This document shows positions 53,490 through 64,000 of a stretch of DNA of 64,000 bases, piece by piece. Each line of letters starts with the position of its first letter. Positions within the stretch are counted from its first letter, which is position 1. This DNA is from Octopus sinensis (taxonomy: Eukaryota), in the NCBI RefSeq assembly GCF_006345805.1, contig NC_043005.1, positions 80,600,001 through 80,664,000 of the forward strand, given 5' to 3'. Position numbers and translations under genes: made by a program. Below the pieces are notes generated by a model. It was not told the origin of the DNA. It was given only the letters and a program-made list of their open reading frames with translations, and made no database searches.

Positions 53490-56400
53490 GTGTTTTTGGA
53501 AGGAGTAGACGATTGTTCGTGATTCGTAAGTTTTCTTTAAAATTCGTTGTTTTATTAGTTGGTATTCCAAATTTTGTGGAATTGTTAACTAAATATTCCA
53601 GCACGCTGCAAAGGTGTCGAGTTAGTCTGGCGAGTATTCGTCCCCTAAGGACGAATTTTGAGATTTAAATATGAAAATTTAATATTTCTAAAATAATCCC
53701 ACCAAGATTTATTTAGAAACAGTTATCTCCCTTACATTATCTGACCACCAGGGTGGGTACACCGCATAGTTACTATCAAATCTTACTGCTGAAGACTCTA
53801 CGTTAGCGATTCTAGAACAAGGGTAAGTTACTCTGCTTTGCCAAATATGTGATACAACCAAAAACAGGTTCAGCTCTAACTTCATAGCTGAACGATTAAT
53901 ATAAGGAAAGGAGCCCGATTATAGGAAAGAATTACGCCAAATTATCACCCGATCTCATGTAAGCAAGGTATGAGATTTAATTTATGCTCTTAAATTAATT
54001 AATTCATATATGTATTAACTAAACACTGAAAAAGGAAACTCAAAGCTTAATGCGAAGTTAGCTTCATTAATTGACTCATACTTACCGATAAAGCCCAAGG
54101 TTTCAAAGAAGAAAAATGTCCAGTACCAACCGAAAGAGAGTTGCATGCCTGTTACGATGAACGAATTTAAAAGACCCGATGCTATCTGTAAAAATAAAGT
54201 AGAAAAGATGCACATTAAGATTAGATATTCAGAAAATGCGAGGAGTGGCTGTGTGGTAAGTAGCTTGCTAACCAACCACATGGTTCCGGGTTCAGTCCCA
54301 CTGCGTGGCATCTTGGGCAAGTGTCTTCTGCTATAGCCCCGGGCCGACCAATGCCTTGTGAGTGGATTTGGTAGACAGAAACTGAAAGAAACCTGTCGTA
54401 TATATGTATATATATATATATGTATGTGTCTGTGTTTGTTCCCCTAGCATTGCTTGACAACCGATGCTGGTGTGTTTACGTCCCCGTCACTTAGCGGTTT
54501 GGCAAAAGAGACCGATAGAATAAGTACTGGGCTTACAAAGAATAAGTCCCGGGGTCGATTTGCTCGACTAAAGGTGGTGCTCCAGCATGGCCGCAGTCAA
54601 ATGACTGAAACAAGTAAAAGAGTAAGAGTATATAGAAATATTCACAAATATATATGCATCGAATTTCGCAGTCACCTCAACTCGTGTATATTTGGTCAGT
54701 ATAGTACAGCAGTAAATAAACTGACCCGAAGTGAATGGGTTATATTTAAAACATAATTAAAGGATAAAATCATTAAAATTAATTAATCTTATCAGTGGCC
54801 GGCATATAAAAGCCTTTTAGGGTCAGTTTATTTACCTCTAGTAATAAACAGATGAGATTCATTATTGATTATTTCTCCTTTTTCGAAATCAGCGGTAGTT
54901 TGTCACTAGAAAAAGCATATAGCATTTGCGTTTGGAATGAGTTCTCATCGCTTACTGGTGATTGTCACACGCTGATGACGAGTTACTATTCAGAAACCCG
55001 GGTCCGTGTGTATCACGTAAGGCCAGAGACGGGAACGATGATTTCCCTACTCAAATACTAATCGGACACAAACAATGTGTCGTTAGCCAGCTGGAGGAGA
55101 TGTCTTCTGGAACAATAAACAACAGCAGCATCGTCCCCTATGAGATCCGCCACATTTAGGTGGCAAATATACTTCACAATAAACACATACCTATCAGTAA
55201 ATCAGAAACAACAAAAGATCAGCTGACATATTACACAAAATGAGAAGATAGAAAATGTAAGTGAAACTTACCAGTGAGGTATACACGGCTCCGCAGTTAC
55301 TTGCGTAGTATTTGGTACCATAACACTTACTGATTATATACGGCATTACAACGTATATCCCACCAGGAATCACATACGTTAGTAATGCTATAAAAAAGTA
55401 AAAATATCGTCCAACCATTGATGAGACGTTGAGGAAAAGATAGAAAATCGACACGGTTAAACTCAGAAGTATTGTGGAATCCTGTCAAAGAGAAATAGTA
55501 AAGGTTCGAAACAGTTGTTTTTAAAGTCACAAAATTTTTATTATGAAAATGCTCCAACACATCTTTTAATTATTTCTCCCTTTTGGGGAAAGTAATTAAC
55601 TTAGTGTTAATATAGTTTAACGCCGGTGCATCAGCGTGGCCGCAACTATTAGTTGAAATTAGAGAAAAAAAAAGTAAATATTGGCGCAGGAGTGGCTGTG
55701 TGGTAAGTAGCTTGTTTACCAACAACATGGTTCCGGGTTCAGTCTCACTGCGTGGCACCTTAGGCAAGTGTCTTCTACTATAGCCTCGGGCCGACCAAAG
55801 CCATGTGAGTGGATTTGATAGACGGAAACTGAAAGAAGCCCGTCGTATATATGTATATATATGTATATATATATGTGTGCGTGTATGGTTGTGTTTGTCC
55901 CCCTAGCATTGCTTGACAACCGATGCTGGTGTGTTTATGTCCCCGTCACTTAGCGGTTCGGCAAAGAATATCTATAGAATAAGTACTGGGCTTACAAAGA
56001 ATAAGTCCCGGAGTCGAGTTGATCGATTACAGGCGATGCTCCAGCATGGCCGCAGTCAAATGACTGAAACAAGTAAAAGAGTAATTGGTTTCAAATATTG
56101 GAACAAAGCCAGCAATTTCAGCGGAGGGTTAAGTCGGTTACATCAACAGCAGTATTCAGGTGGTACTTTTTTTTTTCGAGAAGAATAAAAGACAATATCA
56201 GCTTCGACGAAATTTGAATATTCCTAAGGAATTTTTCGATGTTACGACTTTTCTAGATCTTGTTGGATTCTCTTTCTAACATCATCTTTGGTTATTTTCC
56301 TTAGGAATGAGAACCCAGGTTCGAAATTTCCCCCAAGACACCTGATGAAGGCTGGAGGGTATATCAGCCGAAACGTTGTGTTAACAACAAACAAGATGAG

Positions 56401-58372
56401 AACAAATATCCGACAAATGTAAATAATGAAAGTAAAGTCTATTTGTCGATGTGCTGCAGCGTAGCGCATGTGAAAAAAATTAATTTACGAATGTCTGTGA
56501 GTGCAAATATATTTACATACATCACATGATACATATCATATGTGTGTGTGTATGCAAATATATATACATACATACATACATACACATATAGATGAGTGTG
56601 TGCGTGTGGGTGTGTGCGTGCGTGTGTATGTATGTGTGCGTGCGTGCGTGTGTATGTATGTGTGCGTGCGTGTGTATGTATGTGGCGAGCTGGCAGAATC
56701 GTTAGCACGCCGGGCGAAGTGCTTACCGGTAATTCGTCTGCCGTTACGTTCTGAGTTCAAATTCCGCCGAGGTCGACTTTGCCTTTCATCCTTTCGGGGT
56801 CGATAATTTAAGTACCAGTTACGTACTGGGGTCGATATAATCGATAATCGATTTAATCCGTTTGTCTGTTCTTGTTTGTCCCCTCTGTGTTTAGCCCATT
56901 GTGGGTAGTAAAGAAATAGGTGTGTATGTATGTGTGCGTGCGTGTGTATGTATGTGTGCGTATGTGTGTGTATGCATATATAAAATGATATTTATCAACG
57001 GTAAAATGTACACAAAAGACGAAAAGAAAAGTGAAAAATCGATTTCTTTGAATATAAGACATTCTTCTTACCTTAAATAATAATTTATCACATATAAGTC
57101 CCCACGTAAACCTTCCCATTGCGTTGCCAATTGCGCAAACGGAACCAAGAATGGTAAGGAAATAATCATCTGAGATGAATGTCAGTCCATAGATCTGAAG
57201 AAAAATACGAACATTATCATAGAAATAACCTACTCTGTAACACAAGTGGACATACCAGTAATATGTACGTTCCAGCTGCCAGGTATGTGCTTAATATGTA
57301 AAGTTAGTATATCCAATTGTGTTAATTACATTTTGAAGGTTATTAAAGTAATGTGTTCGGGGATGGTTAATGGATTGTGCTGAAGAAGGCGCAAGGTGTC
57401 CTGAAATATCATATCATATACACACGTTACTTATTCTTCTATATTCGATCGCATTGTTTACACAAACGTATTCGTATACGAAACATCGCAACTTTCAGTG
57501 GTGGCTCTAATTTATATAGAAAATCTCTGGAGATAACTTTTAGAAATGCAATTGTTTTATATTTAGAATTACTTTTTGTTTTACCTCTGCCAAAAATATG
57601 ACGATAATAAAATAAATATCATTCATTGGACAGATGTTCCTAATCGTCTGAAATCTAGTGGTACTTACTTTATCGAGCCCAATTGGGTGAGAAAGGAAGA
57701 CGACCCAATGGAATTTGAACTGAGAATGTAATGAATCAGAAGAAATTTCGCTATGCAGTTTGCCCGACATGCAAATGATTCTGCTCTCTATATAGTTTCT
57801 TCAAGAGTCTCGGGGTCTGAAATTTTGGGTGCGTGGGCATGTCGATCACGCCAACCCTCAGTGCTCAAAGGCTACTTATTCTAACTTTGGATGGCTGCTA
57901 CAGGGACATTGAGCATGCTTCGACAAGCTTACGGCAGCGAGGCAATCGGTCGTACACAATGTTACGAGTGGCGCAGGCGCTTCGAAAGCGGAAGACTGTC
58001 CCTGGAAGACAATGAGTAATATGGAAGATATGCCACGAGAGTCACTCACGAAAATGTGGTATTGTGTATGGAGGATTCGGCCCCTAGGGACAGACCGACA
58101 ATCTAGAGTTCTACTGCGAGATTGTGAAGCGTCTGAGGGAGTACATTCGCCGAAAGCGACGGGATCTGTGGATTATATTCACTACATACGATTGATTCTT
58201 GATTTTTATATAATTTTCATCTATCTTGCCCGCGTATGTTCTGGTGTTCGCTGAATTTTCTCTGGGGAACATTCTTTCTTTGTAGTTAGATCGTATGTGA
58301 TCTTCTTCTAGCGTATGGTTATCCACCTAGTGGCTTATTCCTAAATATATATATACACCCCCACACACACAA

Positions 58373-58406
<34 letters not shown>

Positions 58407-58903
58407 ACATATATATATATAAATATATATATACTACAAAGTATATCCTCATCTTTGCCACGATAATGATTTTAATATATTCTTAACACAAAGATACTGC
58501 AATTGAAACAGTAGAAATAAAACTGTCTTCGTACCTTATAGACACCGGTTATTGTCGCATACTGGATGCTTACAATAAAGGTTATGAGCCATAGCAAGTA
58601 AAACTGCTTCGTCTTTAACATTTGAAAAGGTGTATAGCAATCTTCATCAAGTTCTCTGCAATATATATATAAGTATAAATATATATATACCGACAAAAAT
58701 ATACATTATTTACATTATTTACATTTGACGGACATTTGTCCTCATCTTGTTTGTTGTTAACACAACGTTTCGGCTGATATACCCTCCATCATTCATCAGG
58801 TGTCTTGGGGAAATTTCGAACCTGGGTTCTCATTCCTAAGGTATTTTTCGAATATATATATATATATAATATATATATATTATATATTATATATATATAT
58901 ATA

Positions 58904-58935
<32 letters not shown>

Positions 58936-59093
58936 ATATATATATATATTATATATATATATATATGTATATATGTATATTTATATATATACACATACGT
59001 GCATACATACATATATATGTATATATATATATACACACACGTACATACACACACACAACCACATATATATATTTATATATGTATATATATATT

Positions 59094-59125
<32 letters not shown>

Positions 59126-59146
59126 ATATATATATATTTATATGTT

Positions 59147-59181
<35 letters not shown>

Positions 59182-61301
59182 ATATATATTTATTTATTTA
59201 TATGTATATGTGTATGTATCTATATATTTATATATGTATATGTATATATTTATAGATTTATGTATATGTATGTATATACTTTTATATTTATGTATATGTA
59301 TATTTATTGTACATTTATGTATATGTGTATATGTACATATATATATATACATCTTCCACAGCCGCCTAGATTACTGCTCACAGCTATGGTCCCCAACCAG
59401 TGTGAAATTAATAGCGAATCTTGAAGCAATCCAGAGAAGATTCACAAAGAAGATCGTCTCTTTGCTACAGCTCATCTACTGGGAAAGGTTGAAACAGCAA
59501 AGACTCCTCTCCCTGGAGAGAACACGGGAGAGGTATGCAGTAAAATATATCTGGAAGATCCTGGAAAGAATTGTGCCAAATTTTGGCATTGAAAGCTACA
59601 CTAATGCCCAAACGGGATGACACTGCATAGTGCCATATATCCCAGCAATGCCATCACGCTTCAGGACCAGTTACTGCAATAGCCTGGGTTTCAAGAGTCC
59701 ACAGCTATTTAATATTTTCCCAAAGAGTCTGAGGAAATTACACAAAGTAGATGTAGGGGTTTTAAAATCAAAGCTGGACTTCTTCCTGTCGAGAGTCCCA
59801 GATGAACCTACCTCACAGCAAGAGGTGCAAATGAGAGTAGCTATATCAAACTCCATTCTTCACTAAGTGCCACATATTGGAGGAAGGTCTTACTAATAAC
59901 AGTGTAGCAAAACGGCGGTGCATCAGCTTGGCCGCAGCTCTGAGCTGAAACTAGAGAGAGAAAAAAAATATATAGGTATACATATATATATATGTGTATA
60001 TATACACATGGCACACATACATATATACATACATATATACATATATATATATATGTATGTATGTGTGTGTATATATATATATACGTGTGTGTATATATAT
60101 ATATACGTGTGTGTATATATATGTATATGAAACGAGTCTACTGAAACAGTTAGCTCTTTCAAGGGAAATAACTCCCTTAAATAATCCAAACGAAGGAAGG
60201 AAGAGTTATTCCCCAGGCCATACGTATTTCCGTAATGGGGTGTAACTGGGTATATTCGTATTTTAAACATTTCAATAAATCGCACGCCATTATCGCTCTA
60301 CCTGTCTTATCTTGTGATGAACATATCGGTGCTTATCAAGAAGGGTTGTTATGGTTTAGTAGCAATTGAAGCAGGATATTTTAATTCATATCTAACAGCA
60401 CCGAGTAATCGGATCTAATTGGGGATGAATTGTCACGTCGACCCAGTCTAGCACTGCGCTTAATGTAATCTGTTTTTTTATTACCCACAAGGGACTAAAC
60501 ATAGAGTGGACAAACAAGGACAGACAACCGGATTAAGTCGATTACATCGACCCCAGTGCGTAACTGGTACTTAATTTATCGACCCCCGAAAGGATGAAAG
60601 GCAAAGTCGACCTCGGCGGAATTTGAACTCAGAACGTAACGGCAGACGAAATACGGCTACGCATTTCGCCCGGCGTGCTATCAGTTCTGCCAGCTCGCCG
60701 CCTTAAAAAGCAAAATACCCAATCGTCGCCGATAGGAATCGAACCTATGCGGAGAGACCCCAATGGATTTCTAGTCCATTGCCTTAACTACTCGGCCACG
60801 TAATGTAATCAAGCAAATCCTACGCACGAAATTGCTGGCATTGTGCCAGAATTACTTGCTCTGATCCATGTCTCACTTTCTACGTTTAGTGAACGACAAG
60901 AACTGGTATCAGTTCTTGTGCTTCAAGGATCAAAGAACTGGTAGAAAGTTGGCTCCAGACAGTGCAATGCGATCGGTACTTCTTTGTAAGTGTGTGTTTA
61001 TGTACATGTAGCTATGCACGTACATAGGATTGGTTGTATGTATGTTTGTATTATATATATATATGTAACATCGTCCGTTTTTCCGTCATTGTTTTATATA
61101 CATTCGAGGCTTTCTTCCAAGGAATCTAATGCGCTTGGCTTAGATTTTCCTTTGGGGCTGGCCAGATCGGAGTAATCTCAAGATTAATCAGCCGAAATTG
61201 CGAGGATGATCCGGTTCTTGACTGAAGATCGAAGGCTTCGAATGTCCCGTCCGCGTTTTTTGTATCGTCTTCTAAATGTTTTGCGTTCTTGTCCCAGTTT
61301 G

Positions 61302-61342
<41 letters not shown>

Positions 61343-61874
61343 AAATACCTTTGTTCCTGTGATGCTACTGCAGTTGAGGATTTATTCATCTCTTCCTGTT
61401 TGTCATCCTCTTGAATATTTTTGGTCTTGAAGCCCTTTGTTCGATTCTTTGATCGTATTGCAACTTCATTATCTTGAAATGCTTCGTTGTCTTTTCCTGA
61501 TACCACAGCAGCATCAACTTTGATAATGTCTTCCTGTATAACATTCATTTCCTGATATATATAAACAAGAAGTAGAAAAATAAAGGAGAAAAAGTTTTCT
61601 ATTAAGGATGAAAATTAAATGGTATATATTATAATGATTGGCTATGATGATACTTTAGCTAGTGTTGATGTAATTAAAGCAGGGAAAATCAACAACACTA
61701 AAGTAAAGCAACTAACTAGAAACAATCGTGCCATGGATGGCGTATAATAAAGGAAGGGAGACAATTTTTGATAAATTTCGGACGCATATGGATCTTTTCG
61801 GTGAAGCATAGACTACTTCGAACAAAGACAATGTCGTGGTGTGAGAATCATTAAGGTGTGTTTGCGTGTCTGTG

Positions 61875-61959
<85 letters not shown>

Positions 61960-63758
61960 CGCGTGCCTGCATGTGTGAGTGCGTGTATGTGTGAGTGTTT
62001 ATGGGGTGGGAGCGCGCAAGCATATTACATTCAATAAATATCAGAAAATGCAGCGACCGACCCACCGATCGATGATACCTGGTTGATCCTGCCAGTAGTC
62101 ATATGCTTGTCTGAAAGCTTAAGGAATGCAAGTGTAAATTTAATTGTAAGGCGGCGAGCTGGCAGACACGTTAGCACGCCCGGGCGAAATGCTTAGCAAT
62201 ATTTCCTCAGTCTTTACGTTCTGAGTTCAAATTCTGTCGACGTCGACTTTGCCATTTATCCTTTCGGGGTCAATAAATTAAGTACCAGTTGCGTACTGGG
62301 GTCGATCTAATCGACTGCCCCCACTCCCTAAAATTTCGGACCTTGTGCCTAGAGTAGAAAAGAATAAATATTAGAAAATCCCTGTTCGTAAACTTTTAGA
62401 AATTCTGTTGTCTTTTGTGGTTGATATAATCGGTTTAATCTACTCTCTAATTTTGGGTTTTCTGTTTTTTATCTCTTACTTGTGTGAATCATTAGACTGC
62501 GGCCATTCTGTCGCACCGCCTTTAAAGTGTTTAGCCGAATAAATCGACCTCAGGACTTATTTTGCCAGCCTGGTACTTCTTCTATTGTTTCTTATTGCCG
62601 AACCGTGAATTTACGAGGACATAAACACACGAACCCCGGTTCAAGTAGTAGAAGGAGACATACGCAAATACGCACACACACACAGACACACACACACACA
62701 CACACACACAAATGCACACGCACACATATGTATCTATATGTACAACAGACTTCCTTCAGTTTCCATCTACGAAATCCACTGACAAGGCTTTGGTCGGATT
62801 GTGGCTATAGTAGATATTTTTTCCAACGTGTCACATAGTGAGACTGAACTCGGAACCATATGGTTAAGAATCGAGCATCTTACTCCATAGCCACGGCTGC
62901 GTCTATGAGCGAAAGCTGTATTTTTAGTGAAAGTATAAAAATATATCTGAGAAGACACGTATCAGCCTTTCAAAACCATTCAAAGCTGTTAAGTTAAGCA
63001 TTTATTATACGGTGTAACACGATTTATGTTCTTTGTTAGAAACAGTTATTTCCAATTAACTTTCCCCAAGAAAGTATGAAAAAGGTCTCGCATTTCCTTC
63101 AAACAATGTTTTTGTAAGATTTATTCAAAACCTTATAATCTCCTTTAACGCATGACTACGATGCTCCGCTATTATTCCTGCTCATGATCAGAGATGTACA
63201 GCTTGAGTGCAACAAAGGGACATGCTTCAGTGGATAAGATCAAGCAACTCACAACGCAGTCTGTGGTTTTGAGCAGAATATTTGCTATAACAATATATCT
63301 GCTTCAGCGACTCAGTGCTGAAACTGTCTGAAAAGTAATGGTAAATGGGTGAGTTTCAAAAACAAAGTTTGAAGGGAATAGTAGTCATCTGTTTTTGTTT
63401 CTAGACAGAAGCAAATATAATATAACACTTACTAACCAAAGACAAACAAAATTGAAAAATGTAATTTTGTAATACAGTGTTATTGGAATTGTGTCAGTGA
63501 CCAGGTTGCAGTTAGTGCGACGAAAATTTTGATACTTAATAATGGTTTAAATGAATTTAATAGATTTTGTGTGTTGATGATTGAATAAAGGCACATCGTA
63601 TTTAATTTCTAATTCAATATTAGTAAATATTTAATATAATTACCTCTTTGGGGTTCGAAATCAAACAAACACTGATTAATTGAGATATTAGGAAGATACC
63701 ACCCAGCATTAAGAAACACTTCGGAACTCGTGCAAGAAGGTCTTTCTGGTTAAAATAG
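50464..63758 (-). CDS. Spliced MFS transporter, oxalate:formate antiporter (OFA)-like; 5'-partial, 7 exons in window, about 320 aa
   Basis: Manually joined exons 63644-63758, 61349-61551, 58535-58655, 57072-57194, 55272-55481, 54086-54185 and 50464-50555 (964 nt). All have AG/GT boundaries and compatible phases (2|0|2|0|0|0|1|stop). The product has alternating TM segments and family-like motifs: [63 protein letters not shown]. The family call comes from motif recognition, not a search. Confidence 0.88.
52527..52745 (+). mobile_element. SINE-A in MFS intron
   Basis: Sequence match; preceded by (AGT)n. Confidence 0.88.
52797..53418 (-). mobile_element. About 540-bp non-coding interspersed element embedded in (TAA)n; other copies at 30006-30542 and 51899-52438, fragment at 63150-63290
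   Basis: Three colinear copies with near-identical ends, each flanked by ATT-type repeats; no ORF and no tRNA head recognised; strand inferred from an (AAT)n tail. Confidence 0.8.
54086..54185 (-). CDS. MFS transporter exon: [33 protein letters not shown]
   Basis: Acceptor tttatttttacag|ATA, donor ATCG|gtaagt; 100 nt. Confidence 0.85.
54238..54628 (+). mobile_element. SINE-B in MFS intron
   Basis: Sequence match to 15661-16093. Confidence 0.9.
55272..55481 (-). CDS. MFS transporter exon: [19 protein letters not shown]...NCGAVYTSL
   Basis: Acceptor ctctttgacag|GAT, donor CTG|gtaagt; 210 nt, phase 0-0. Confidence 0.88.
55683..56083 (+). mobile_element. SINE-B in MFS intron
   Basis: Sequence match to 15661-16093. 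Confidence 0.9.
56285..56432 (+). mobile_element. Short Penelope-like terminal repeat carrying the hammerhead motif; other copies at about 58705-58850 (-), 29820-29965 (-) and a fragment at 43060-43110 (-)
   Basis: Repeated about 150-bp unit ccttaggaatgagaacccaggttcgaaatttccccaagacacctgatgaagg...aaatgtaaataatg. The Penelope assignment is inferred from the ribozyme motif only. Confidence 0.55.
56337..56382 (+). ncRNA. Putative minimal type I hammerhead ribozyme (Penelope-like, dimer-dependent type)
   Basis: GACAC-CUGAUGA-A-GGCUG(gaggguauau)CAGCC-GAAA-CG-UU-GUGUU. Stem I is GACAC/GUGUU, stem II is GGCUG/CAGCC, and stem III is reduced to the palindrome AACGUU. Confidence 0.6.
56684..56920 (+). 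mobile_element. SINE-A in MFS intron
   Basis: Sequence match to family A. Confidence 0.9.
57072..57194 (-). CDS. MFS transporter exon: [41 protein letters not shown]
   Basis: Acceptor tttttcttcag|ATC, donor AAG|gtaaga; 123 nt; contains an MFS motif-A-like GRxxWGxxxDK. Confidence 0.9.
57885..58175 (+). mobile_element. Internally deleted mariner fragment in MFS intron
   Basis: [40 protein letters not shown] and [20 protein letters not shown]. Confidence 0.75.
58535..58655 (-). CDS. MFS transporter exon: (R)[40 protein letters not shown]
   Basis: Acceptor attgcag|A, donor AAG|gtacga; 121 nt. Confidence 0.88.
59352..59960 (+). mobile_element. 5'-truncated CR1-type LINE 3' end in MFS intron
   Basis: [12 protein letters not shown]...[12 protein letters not shown]...YWERLK...SLERTRERY...[12 protein letters not shown]...[15 protein letters not shown], followed by a 3' UTR ending in a GA/A-rich tail. 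Confidence 0.9.
60481..60704 (-). mobile_element. SINE-A in MFS intron, directly downstream of the tRNA-Ser relic
   Basis: Sequence match to family A. Confidence 0.9.
60724..60805 (-). pseudogene. tRNA-Ser(AGA) pseudogene with broken acceptor stem
   Basis: Minus strand reads cattacGTGGCCGAGTAGTTAAGGCAATGGACTAGAAATCCATTGGGGTCTCTCCGCATAGGTTCGATTCCTATCGGCGACG. D arm, anticodon stem with AGA, long variable arm and T arm are intact. Positions 1-5 do not pair with 68-72. No CCA; a T-run follows. Confidence 0.85.
61349..61551 (-). CDS. MFS transporter exon, hydrophilic central loop: [11 protein letters not shown]...VASQEQR
   Basis: Acceptor atatcag|GAA, donor AAAG|gtattt; 203 nt; phase 0 to 2 joins both neighbouring exons. 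Confidence 0.75.
62076..62140 (+). pseudogene. Orphan 18S rRNA 5'-end fragment
   Basis: TACCTGGTTGATCCTGCCAGTAGTCATATGCTTGTC is the universal 18S start; similarity decays after about 65 nt and a SINE follows at 62148. Confidence 0.85.
62148..62366 (+). mobile_element. SINE-A (alternative tail) in MFS intron
   Basis: Sequence match; follows the 18S fragment. Confidence 0.88.
63644..63758 (-). CDS. MFS transporter exon (end of N-terminal half): [38 protein letters not shown]
   Basis: Acceptor ttttgttttccag|C, donor GAG|gtaatt; 115 nt; not in the ORF track. Confidence 0.85.
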
Positions 63759-64000
63759 CTGGAAAACAAAATAAAACAAACTTGTAATCACGGCTGGATT
63801 GAGACCCATATAAGCCCTAACCACTTAAAAAGACTTTGGTACACAAATATATACATGTATACACACACACACACAGACACACACACACACACCACACACA
63901 CACACAAATGCACACGCACACATATGTATCTATATGTACAACAGACTTCCTTCAGTTTCCATCTACGAAATCCACTGACAAGGCTTTGGTCGGATTGTGG

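Overview
AT-rich, microsatellite-dense eukaryotic DNA. The repeat families look like an octopus/coleoid cephalopod genome; this is inferred from repeat types, not from a database match. Almost all listed six-frame ORFs are artefacts of simple repeats or decayed transposons. One host gene is well supported: the 3' two-thirds of a minus-strand MFS transporter of the oxalate:formate antiporter-like type. It has 7 phase-compatible GT-AG exons between 63758 and 50464 encoding about 320 aa, and its 5' end lies beyond the window. The rest is mobile DNA: three tRNA-derived SINE families, CR1-type and RLE (R4/Dong-type) LINE remnants, Tc1/mariner relics with mariner-like, DD34E, DD36E and DD41D signatures, Helitrons, fold-back elements and a Penelope-like short repeat. 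There are also relics of tRNA-Ser, 5S rRNA and the 18S rRNA 5' end, and a 100-N gap. The most interesting observations are a minimal hammerhead-ribozyme fold in an intronic repeat (intact only antisense to the host gene), a (TAA)n-targeted retroelement cluster, a probable tandem duplication spanning a transporter exon, and two Pol III gene relics each directly followed by a SINE. I found no wholly new multi-gene system.
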